From Haplodiscus bocki (taxonomy: Eukaryota), in the NCBI GenBank assembly GCA_965655095.1, contig OZ296649.1, positions 1,178,001-1,242,000 on the forward strand: a stretch of 64,000 bases of DNA, written 5' to 3'. Within the stretch, counting starts at the first letter, position 1; every line of letters begins with the position of its first letter. Below the pieces are notes generated by a model. That model saw only the letters and a program-made list of their open reading frames with translations, made no database searches and was not told the DNA's origin. The position numbers and the translations under genes are program-made. This document shows, in pieces, positions 53,201-64,000 of this stretch.

Positions 53201-56200
53201 TGTTTCCGTTGTCTTTGTAATTGATGTGGTCTAAAAAGTTGACTGGTGTCTGCAATCAAACGGTTTCGGTGAATCTTGTGACAAAGTTTTAACAACCTGA
53301 AGAAAATCTTGCACTTCATCAGCAGAGCTCTCAAGACTTATTTTTCGGCAAATTGGAGACAGTGCGAAAAATGGGATAAAACACACTATCGTGATAAAAG
53401 AAAACAATTTCGTCATCGTCCTGAGGCAAATGCGACGTATAGAATACAACCATTGTACTTTTTTCATTCTTCGATATCTCACCGAAAACAAATTTTTACC
53501 AGTTTGAATACATTCACCGGCAAACTTTCAAAAAACTGGATTTAATTTCATAAAATAGTCGAGTGCAATTTTCCCTTTTAAAAAACTAGAAGGAAAATTT
53601 GATAAACAAAATGCAACGTTCAGTTTGAAAACAAAAGTTTTAAAAAGCAATATACTCGCAAAGTTGATTCTGCTGCGAAACAAACTATTGTCATTGCTTC
53701 GCTTTGAGGGAAAAAATTAATAACCTCAATTAGACTTTACGAAATAGCCAAAAAGAAAAATTATTCTAAGTTTGCTTTCAACAGACATGGAGATAACCTA
53801 AACATGATTAGTTCAAGTAGAAGATCACCACATAAACCTCAAAAGATAGCTCTAATGTCCTTTGTCTGAGCTCTAAGGTGAATTCGAACAATTTGAAGGA
53901 AGAGCGAAACAATATTATTTGAATTAAGAAACAAACCAAGTGAAATTATGATTAAAAAAACCAAAAAAAGAGTTCGCACGAAAATTCTTTTACTAAATTT
54001 ATTTTTTGTGAATGATTACCTTCTCTTTGTTCTTGATGCTCTCTAGAATAATGACTGGTAATTACGATCAACCGATCTACCTGTTCCCCGTGAAAAAGCA
54101 CAACAACTACAAGAGATTCAAGAAATTCATTCACAGAGCTCTCATGAATATTCCTGCAATTTTTTGAATATTATTCCGATAAGATAAAGACACTATCACC
54201 ATTAAAGTTAACAAATTTTTTGTCGTGAAGGACAATGGACGCATAGAGTATGTCAAATTTAATGTTCTTCGATATCTTGCTGAAAACAATCTTTACCTTT
54301 TTGAAAACAATCACCGGCAAATCTTTAGGAAAGTCATCACTATTGAAGTTTATATATTAACCAAGTGCCATTTTCTGTTAATGAGAAATTGAATGAAATT
54401 TTGGTGATCAAAAGCCAACATTCCGATACTTTTACAAATAAGAGTCTGAAAATATAATCTACACGCAAATTTGATTCTGCCGCAAAACAAATAAATTTCA
54501 TTGTTTCGATTTTTGGGACAAATCTAATAACCTTACCTAAACTCAAAAAAAGCCAAAGAAACAAGTCATTCTGATTCTGCAATCAAAAGACAAAAAGATA
54601 ACATAAACAATATTAGTCCATGTTGAGGTTCACCACAAAAGCCGCACAAGAGATCTATTGATATTTCACTAAGTTGTAGCAATCCTTCGAGTGGTGTCAA
54701 GCAAGATTGAAAAGATGTTATTTGAAAACTAAACTGAATCACATGAAATATGAAAAAAATATATATTACTAAATTTTTTTACTACTTTCAAATTTGTGAT
54801 TGATTACGTTCCACTTGTAATTGATGTAGTCTAGAACAAAGACTGGTAAATACGATCAACTGGTATAGGTAATTCCTTTGGCGAAATTTAACCAAGCAGA
54901 AGAGATTCATGCACTTCATCAGAAGAACTCTCAAGATTTTTTTAAAAGCATTTTGAAGAGATTGCGGTAAATGGTATAAAACACCTTATCACCATAAGTT
55001 ATAACAAAGTTTTCGTCGTCCTCAAGGGAATGCAACGTACAGAGTGTAGCAGTTTTAATAATTTTCAAACTTCGATATTTCGCGAAACTCAAATCTTTAC
55101 CAGTTTGAAAACATTTACTGGCAAACCCTAATGAAATCTATCAGCATTTATTTTTATATAATAGTCGAAAGCGATTTTCTGTTTTCGAAATATTGAACGA
55201 ATTTTTAATGAAAGAAGGCAACACTTGCCTTGTGAGCATTAGTTTGAACAGACAAAATACATGCAAATTTGATTCTGCCTCAAAACAAACTAATTGCAAT
55301 GTTTCGAGTTTCGGGAAAAAAATTAAAAACCGGATATTAAGTCACAAAAAAGCCAAAGAAACAAGTTCTTCTGATTCTGCAACAAATGACATGGAGAGAT
55401 AACATAAACATGACTATGTCATGTAAAAGTTTACATGAAAACCGCGAAAACGAGCTCTATTGACCTTTCTTTGAGCTTTAAGCGTATTTCAAAGTGGTGT
55501 GAAAGTATTTTGAGAGGATGTAACTTGAAAAATACGTGGAATCACATGATTCTTTGACAAAAGCAAATAGATGATTCAAATTTTTTTTCACTATTTTCAA
55601 ATCTATGGTTGATTAGTTTCTCTTTGTAATTGATGCGGTCTAGATTAATGACTGCTAATTACGATCAACCGGTCTAGAATAAATTTGTCGCCAATTTTCA
55701 CAACCAGCAGAGATTCATGCACTTGATCAACGGAGGTCTCATGAATATTTCTTTAGTTTCTTGAAGAGATCCCGGTAAATAGGATAAAATACAAAATCAT
55801 CATTAAACATAACAAAATCTTCATCGTCCTGAAGGGAATGCGACGTATAAAAATGTCAATTTTACTGTTTTTCAATTTTCGATATCTGGCCGCAAACAAA
55901 TCTTTACAAGTTTGAAAACATTTACTGGCAAACCTTAAAAAAATTATCGATCTTTGATTTTATATTTTAATCGAGTGCATTTTCTATTGTTGAATAATCG
56001 AAGGAAGCTTTGGTGATTGAATGCCAACATTACCTTTTGAAGGAACGGTTCGAAAAGGCAATATGTACGTAAATTTGATTCTGCCGCGAAACAAACAGGT
56101 TTCATTGTTTGCAGTAATTGGAAAACAACTAATACCTTTATCTCAACTAACAAAAACAGCCAACGAAATAAGTCCGTCTGATTCTGCTACAAATGACATG

Positions 56201-59200
56201 GGGATAACATAAACATGACTATTCCATGTAAAGTTCACCACAAAAACCTCAAAAGTTAGCTCTAATGACTTTTTCCTGAGCTCTAAGATTTAGTCAGGTA
56301 ATTTGAATGATTATGGAAAAACGATGATGTTATTTGAGAAAAGAAATGAATCAAAAATTATTATGACAAAAATCGAGAAATAGAGTTTACACGAGAACTC
56401 TTTTACTAAAATAAATTTTATGGATGATCACGTTCCCTTTGTAATTAGTCTGGTCTAGAGCGATGAACGTTAATTACAATCAATCGATCTAGGTAATCCT
56501 TGGGAAAATTTACAATAACCAAAATAGGTTCATGTATTTCTTTCACAGAGCATCCATGAGTATTTGTCGAACTGCTTGAAAAAAATTCCGTGGAATATGA
56601 TAGAAACACTATCACCAAAAAACTAACAATTCGTGTTTCGTCGTGAAAGAGAAAGGGCGCATAGAATATGTCAAACATATTTTTTTCGATAGCTTGATGA
56701 AAACAACGTATATCATTCTGAAAATTTTCACTGGCAAACTCTTAAAAAATTCACCATTTTTGAAGTTTATATATTAACTAAGGGCTTTTCTCTACTAATG
56801 GAAAATTGAACGAAATTTTTGTGAATAAAAGTCAACATTTAGAAACAATAGTTTAAAAATAAAAACTACACGCAAATTTGACTCTGCCGCAAAACAAACC
56901 AAAATCAATGTTTCGATTTAGGGGACAACAACTAAAAACATTATCCAAACTCGAAAAAAAGATAGCCAGAATAACAAGTCGTTATGATACTGCAATCAGG
57001 AGACATAGAGATAACATAAACATGATCAGCCCATGTAAAAGTTCACCACAAAAACCGCAATAAAAGCTATGTTGAACTTCTTTTGAGCTTTGAGGGTGTT
57101 TCATGTGGTGTGAAGGTATACTGAGTTGAGGTTTTTTGAAAACTATATTGAATCACATGATGTTATAACAAAATAAAAAAAAAGATGAAACAAAAATTTT
57201 TTCAAATAATTTCAAGCCTATGGATGTTTCCGTTGTCTTTGTAATTGATGTGGTCTAAAAAGTTGACTGGTGTCTGCAATCAAACGGTTTCGGTGAATCT
57301 TGTGACAAAGTTTTAACAACCTGAAGAAAATCTTGCACTTCATCAGCAGAGCTCTCAAGACTTATTTTTCGGCAAATTGGAGACAGTGCGAAAAATGGGA
57401 TAAAACACACTATCGTGATAAAAGAAAACAATTTCGTCATCGTCCTGAGGCAAATGCGACGTATAGAATACAACCATTGTACTTTTTTCATTCTTCGATA
57501 TCTCACCGAAAACAAATTTTTACCAGTTTGAATACATTCACCGGCAAACTTTCAAAAAACTGGATTTAATTTCATAAAATAGTCGAGTGCAATTTTCCCT
57601 TTTAAAAAACTAGAAGGAAAATTTGATAAACAAAATGCAACGTTCAGTTTGAAAACAAAAGTTTTAAAAAGCAATATACTCGCAAAGTTGATTCTGCTGC
57701 GAAACAAACTATTGTCATTGCTTCGCTTTGAGGGAAAAAATTAATAACCTCAATTAGACTTTACGAAATAGCCAAAAAGAAAAATTATTCTAAGTTTGCT
57801 TTCAACAGACATGGAGATAATCTAAACATGATTAGTTCAAGTAGAAGATCACCACATAAACCTCAAAAGATAGCTCTAATGTCCTTTGTCTGAGCTCTAA
57901 GGTGAATTCGAACAATTTGAAGGAAGAGCGAAACAATATTATTTGAATTAAGAAATAAACCAAGTGAAATTATGATTAAAAAAACCAAAAAAAGAGTTCG
58001 CACGAAAATTCTTTTACTAAATTTAATTTTTGTGAATGATTACCTTCTCTTTGTTCTTGATGCTCTCTAGAATAATGACTGGTAATTACGATCAACCGAT
58101 CTACCTGTTCCCCGTGAAAAAGCACAACAACTACAAGAGATTCAAGAAATTCATTCACAGAGCTCTCATGAATATTCCTGCAATTTTTTGAATATTATTC
58201 CGATAAGATAAAGACACTATCACCATTAAAGTTAACAAATTTTTTGTCGTGAAGGACAATGGACGCATAGAGTATGTCAAATTTAATGTTCTTCGATATC
58301 TTGCTGAAAACAATCTTTACCTTTTTGAAAACAATCACCGGCAAATCTTTAGGAAAGTCATCACTATTGAAGTTTATATATTAACCAAGTGCCATTTTCT
58401 GTTAATGAGAAATTGAATGAAATTTTGGTGATCAAAAGCCAACATTCCGATACTTTTACAAATAAGAGTCTGAAAATATAATCTACACGCAAATTTGATT
58501 CTGCCGCAAAACAAATAAATTTCATTGTTTCGATTTTTGGGACAAATCTAATAACCTTACCTAAACTCAAAAAAAGCCAAAGAAACAAGTCATTCTGATT
58601 CTGCAATCAAAAGACAAAAAGATAACATAAACAATATTAGTCCATGTTGAGGTTCACCACAAAAGCCGCACAAGAGATCTATTGATATTTCACTAAGTTG
58701 TAGCAATCCTTCGAGTGGTGTCAAGCAAGATTGAAAAGATGTTATTTGAAAACTAAACTGAATCACATGAAATATGAAAAAAATATATATTACTAAATTT
58801 TTTTACTACTTTCAAATTTGTGATTGATTACGTTCCACTTGTAATTGATGTAGTCTAGAACAAAGACTGGTAAATACGATCAACTGGTATAGGTAATTCC
58901 TTTGGCGAAATTTAACCAAGCAGAAGAGATTCATGCACTTCATCAGAAGAACTCTCAAGATTTTTTTAAAAGCATTTTGAAGAGATTGCGGTAAATGGTA
59001 TAAAACACCTTATCACCATAAGTTATAACAAAGTTTTCGTCGTCCTCAAGGGAATGCAACGTACAGAGTGTAGCAGTTTTAATAATTTTCAAACTTCGAT
59101 ATTTCGCAAAAATCAAATCTTTACCAGTTTGAAAACATTTACTGGCAAACCCTAATGAAATCTATCAGCATTTATTTTTATATAATAGTCGAAAGCATTT

Positions 59201-59400
59201 TTCTGTTTTCGAAATAATGAACGAATTTTTAATGAAAGAAGGCAACACTTGCCTTGTGAGCATTAGTTTGAACAGACAAAATTCATGCAATTTTGACTCT
59301 GCCTCAAAACAAACTAATTCCAATGTTTCGAGTTTCGGGAAAAACACTAATAACCTTATCTTAACTCACAAAAAAGCCAAAGAAACAAATCCTTCTGATT
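47200..59400 (+). repeat. HOR block 4: 5-mer (A-C-D-E-F) of 4024-4026 bp, three near-identical units
   Basis: ORF series 47143/51169/55193/59217, 47972/51997/56021 and 48829/52854/56878 have spacings of 4024-4026 bp and identical or near-identical translations. Identity to earlier units stops at ~59400 (ctggattctaaagatatagggg). Confidence 0.95.
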
Positions 59401-62400
59401 CTGGATTCTAAAGATATAGGGGTAAAGTAAACCAAATTTGACCATGTAAAACTTAACCACAGAAACTCAAAGGTTACCTCTAATGATGTTTGTCTGAGCT
59501 CAACGGTTTTTTTCAAGTAATTTGATTGAATAATGATAGGAAGTATTTTAAAAAAAGAAATGAATCACGAGATATTATGACAAAAAAATTAGAGTTTACA
59601 AAAAATTCCTTTCCTAAATTCAATTCTATGGATGATTACGTTCTGTTTGTATTTGATGAGGTCTGGAACGATGACTCGTAATTACGCTGAACAAATCTAG
59701 ATGTTGTTCATGAAAAAAAATGATAACCACAAGAGATTCATGAAATTCATTCACAGAGCTCTCTTTACTTTTTCTGGAAATTTGAAAAAGTTTCGGTAGA
59801 TGAGATGAAGATACTTCCACCATAACAATTACCAAATTATTTACTGTCCTGGAAAGTGGGCGCAGAGAATAAGTCGAATTTTTTTCCAAAATCTTGCTGA
59901 AAACAATCTAAATCAAAACTAAAACATTCACTGGCAAACTTTTTAAAAATCCATTTTTGTTGAAGTTTATGTGTTAACCAAGTGCTTTTTTCTGCTAAGG
60001 AAAAAGCAAAGCAATTTTTGGCTGAAAAAAACCAACATTCTGTTCCCTTTAGACATAATAGTTTGAAAAGGTCTCCTACACGCAGGTTTGATTCTGCCGC
60101 AAAACAAATTAGTTTCAATGTTTCGATTTATGGGACAAAAACTAGTAATTTAATATAAACGCAAAAAAAAACAGCTAAGGAAACAAATCATCTTGACTGC
60201 GCAATTAACAGACATACAAATGACATAGACATGATTATTGTATGTTAAAGTTCACCAAAAAATCTCAAAAAAAGCTCTGATGATATTCTGTTGGATCTCT
60301 AAGGTTATTTCAAGTAATGTGATTTAATAATAAAATGATATTATTTGAGATAAGGAATGAATCACGTAGTATTTTGACAGAAAAGTAGAGTTTACAAAAA
60401 AAACCTTTTAATAAGTTCAAGTCTATGGATCACTACGTTCTTTCTGTAATTGATGTGGTCTGAAATGATGACTAGTATTTACGACGAACCGATCTAGGTA
60501 TTTCTTGCGAAGCGTTATAACAACCAAAAGAGATTGATGAACTTCAATTTCAGAGCTTTAATGACTATTTTTCGAGTTTCTTTGAAAGAATTCCGGTAAA
60601 TAGGATAAAAACAGTGTCAACATAAAAGTTAATCTATTCTTTATTGCCCCGAAGTGAATGGACGCATAGAATATGTCAAATTTAATCTTCTTCAATAGCT
60701 TCTCGAAGACCATCAATACCTTTTTGGAAACATTCACCGGCAAACTTTAGAAAAAACCATCGATTTATAAGTTTATATTTCAATCAAGTGCCTCTTTCTA
60801 CCACTGAAAATCGGAAAGACTTTTTGGTGAATGCAAGCAAACATTCCGCTCACTATAGAAACAGTCGTTTGGAAAGGTAGTCTACACGCAAATTCGATCC
60901 TGCTGAAAAACAATCTGTTTTCAATGTTCCGATTTATGGGACAAAAACTAATAAAGTGAACTGAATTAAAAAAAACAGCCAAGGAAACAAGTCATTCTGA
61001 TTGTGCAATTAAAAGACATAGACATAACCTAAATATTAATAGTCCATGTGAAACTTAACCACAAATACTACAAAAGTGAGCTCTATTGATATTTTTCTGA
61101 GCTTTGAGTGTACTTCAAAGTGGTGTGAAAGTATTTTGAGAAGATGAAACTTGAAAAATCGGTAATCACATGATTTTTTCACAAAAGCAAAATGGTAGAT
61201 TCAAAAATTTTTTTACTACTTTCAAATCAATGGTTAAATATATTCTCCTTGTAATTGATGTAGTTTAAAACAAAGATTGGTAATTACGATCAGCCGGTCT
61301 AAGTGATTCCTTTGGCGAAACTCTAACCAGCAGAAGAGATTCATGAAATTCATTTAGAGAGCGCTCTTGACTTTTTCTGGAACTTTTTGTAAAAATTCCG
61401 GTAGATGAGAGAAAGACACTATCATCTTAAAGTTTAACAAATTGTTTTATGTCCTGAAGAGAATGGACGCGGAGAATATGTCAGTAAATTTTTTTCCGAA
61501 AGCTTGCCGAAAATCATCAATACCATTTTGAAAACATTCTCTGGCGAACTTTTAAAATATCCAAGAATATTGAAGTTATATATTAACCAAATGCTTTCTT
61601 CTACTACTGAAAAACTGAAAGACTTTTTCGTGAAAAGAAGCAAACATTCCGTTAATTTCAGAAAGAAGGGTTTGAAAAGGTAGTCTACACTCAAGTTTGA
61701 TTCTGCCGCAAAACAAAGTAACTTCAATGTTTCCATTTATGGGACAGAAACGAACAACCTTTTCTCAACTGACCAAATCAGCCAAATAAACCAGTCAATC
61801 TGATACCTCAAGCCGAAGACACAGAGGTATTCTAAATATGATTAGTCCATGTATATTTCACCAAAAAAACCTCAAAAAAAAGCTCTGATGACATTCTGTT
61901 GGATCTCTAAAGTTATTTCAAGTAATGTGAACGAATATTAAAATGATGTTATTTGAGATACAAACTGAATCACGTGATATTTTGTTAAAAAAAGAAGAAT
62001 AGAATTTACAAAAAAAATCTTTTACCAAAGTCAAGTCATTGGATGATTACGTGCTCTTTGTAAGTGATATGTTCTAGAACGATAATAGTGATTACGATCA
62101 ACTGGTCTACCTGACTCTTGTGTGAAAATTTCAAAAGCACAAGAGATCCGTGCACTTCAATGACAAAGCTTTTATGACTATTTTTTTTAGCTTTTCGAAG
62201 AGATTCTCGTAAAAAGGATAAAACACACTATCATCAAAGAAGATGGCAGCTTCTCTATCGTCCCGAAGGGAATGAGACGCATAGATTATCGCAATTTTAC
62301 TGTTTCGTATTTTTCGACAGCTTGCTGAAAACAATTTTTATCATTTTGAAAACATTTTCTGGCAAACCTTTAAAAAAACCATCAATATTGAAGTTACATA

Positions 62401-64000
62401 TTAACCAAGTGTCTTCGTTTAGTACTGAAAAACTGAAAAATTTTTTGGTGAATAAAAGCACACATTCCGTTCATTTTAGAAAGAAGGGTTTGAAAAGGTA
62501 GTCTACGCTCAAGTTTGATTCTGCCGCAAAATACAGTAACTTCATCGTTTCCATTTATGGGACAGAAACGAACAACCTTTTCTAAACTGACAAAATCAGC
62601 CAAGGAAACGAGTCAGTCTGGTTCCGCAAGCCAAAGACACAGAGAAAACCTAAACATGATTAGTCCATGTAAATTTCACCAAAAAAACCGCAAAAAATAG
62701 CTCTGATGACATTCTGTTGGATTTCTAAGGTTATTTCAAAAAACGTGAATGAATATTAAAATGATGTTATTTGAGATACAAAATGAAGCACTTGATAATA
62801 TTGTAATAAAAGGGGAATGGAAATTGCCAAAGAATCTTTCACTAAATTCAAGTCAATAGATGATTACGTGCTCTTTGTAAGTGATGTGGTCTAGAACGAT
62901 GAATAGTGATTATGATCAACTGGTCTGCGTGATTGTTGTGGGAAAATTTCAACAACTGCAAGAGATCCGTGCACTTCGATAACAGAGATTCCATGACTAT
63001 TTCCTTAGCTTTTCGAAGAGATTCCCGATAAAAAGATATCTCACACTATCATAAAAAAGAGCAACTTCTTTATCGTCCACAAGCGAAAGAGACGCAGAGA
63101 TTATCGCAATTTTATTATTTTTTATTCTTGGATGGCTTTCTGAAACAAAATTTTTGTCATTTTGAAAACAATCAGTGGTAATACCTAACAGAAACTACCA
63201 TCAATCAATTTTATCTAATAGTAAACTGCAAATTCTTTAAATGAGAAATTGAAGAAAAGTTGATGAACGAAAGCCAACAATCTTTTTAGAAGCAGTAGTT
63301 TGAAAAAACAATTTTGGCAAACCTTAAAAAATCCATCTTTTTTGGAACTTTTTATAATAAACAAGAGCTTTTTTCTACTGATGGAAGATTGAAGAAAATT
63401 TTGGTGAACAAAAACCATCGTTCCGTTTCATTTAGAAACAATAGTTTTAAAAGGTAACCTACACGCAAATTTGATTCTGCCGCAAAACAGACTAATCTCA
63501 TTTTCAATGTAGGGGAATAAACCCAATAATGTTATCTCAACGCCAAAAATTAGCCAACGAAACAGGTCATTCTTATTACGCATTCGAAAGGCATAAAGAT
63601 AGCCTAAACATGATTAGTCTATGTGAAAGTTTACCACAAAAACCTCAAAAAACAACTCTAAGGACCTTTTTTGAGCTCCTAAGATTTTTCAATTAATGTG
63701 AGTGAATATCAAGACGATAATATTTGAGTTGAAAAAACGAATCACGTGACATTAAAACAAAAAAGAGAGAAAAGGAGTTCACAAAAATATATTTTGCTAA
63801 AATCAAGTCTTTGGATGATTACGTTCTCTTTGTAATTGATGTAATCTAGAAAGTTGACTGGTATTTTCGATCAACCGGTTCAGTTGATTCTTGTGGCAAA
63901 GTTTTAACAACCAGAAGAGATTGATTCACTTCATTAGGAGAACTTTCTTTACAATTTCTTTTGCTTTTTGAAAAGATTTCGGTGAGTTGGATAAAACACA
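59400..64000 (+). repeat. Diverged monomeric layer with a one-monomer tandem duplication and an internal ~150-bp duplication
   Basis: Landmarks are at ~60078, 60884, 61687, 62505 and 63461. The monomers at ~61.7 and ~62.5 kb share private sequence (gtttccatttatgggacagaaacgaacaaccttt). The last spacing is ~956 bp. Confidence 0.8.

Larger units (their letters stand above)
1..64000 (+). repeat. Tandem satellite DNA array, ~805-bp monomer, about 80 copies, single orientation, open at both window ends
   Basis: The landmark cacgcaaatttgattctgccgcaaaac (and variants) recurs about 80 times, e.g. ~31900, 32707, 33518, 34326, 35127, 35935, 36742 ... 59283 (34 intervals, mean ~805 bp). The other landmarks keep the same order in each unit. 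No non-satellite sequence was seen. Confidence 0.97.

Noticed and set aside
76-63418. Repeated 60-110-aa ORFs as a tandem gene family, including under an alternative genetic code
   Set aside because: They recur only because the DNA repeats. Frames and strands differ between monomer types, and 1-bp indels in A/T tracts are common even between near-identical copies, which stop-codon reassignment cannot rescue.
1-64000. CRISPR array or integron-like cassette array
   Set aside because: The sequence between conserved motifs is homologous from unit to unit rather than unique, and there are no cas or integrase genes.
1-64000. Tandem RNA-gene cluster (5S rRNA, tRNA, spliced-leader or snRNA) or rDNA spacer
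   Set aside because: I recognise no such sequence and see no invariant ~70-150-nt core; substitutions and deletions affect all parts of the monomer. An Infernal/Rfam scan of the consensus would be the formal test.

Overview
The whole window is non-coding, AT-rich tandem satellite DNA, almost certainly eukaryotic; the organism cannot be identified from sequence alone. It holds about 80 head-to-tail copies of one ~805-bp monomer. Landmarks are ggatgattacgttctctttgtaattgatgtggtctagaacgatgactgg, cacgcaaatttgattctgccgcaaaac and aaacatgattagtccatgtaaa. All copies run in one orientation and I saw no gene, RNA gene, CRISPR array or transposon insertion. The array is layered. Homogenised higher-order-repeat (HOR) blocks are ~1-9.4 kb (2.65/3.45/2.77-kb units), ~12.9-24.9 kb (~2.25-2.32-kb 3-mer), ~31.9-47.2 kb (~4.83-4.84-kb 6-mers) and ~47.2-59.4 kb (~4.025-kb 5-mer). 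They are separated and flanked by diverged monomers, one stretch of which keeps a decayed ~3.46-kb repeat. The most interesting readable signals are two ancient monomer subfamilies (a ~1.6-kb dimer), a mappable crossover converting the 6-mer into the 5-mer, recurrent microhomology-bounded deletions and duplications, and a palindrome that appears to have been perfected by template switching. All listed ORFs are chance frames in the satellite. Coordinates and periods were read by eye from landmark motifs and repeated ORF positions, so block boundaries are approximate.
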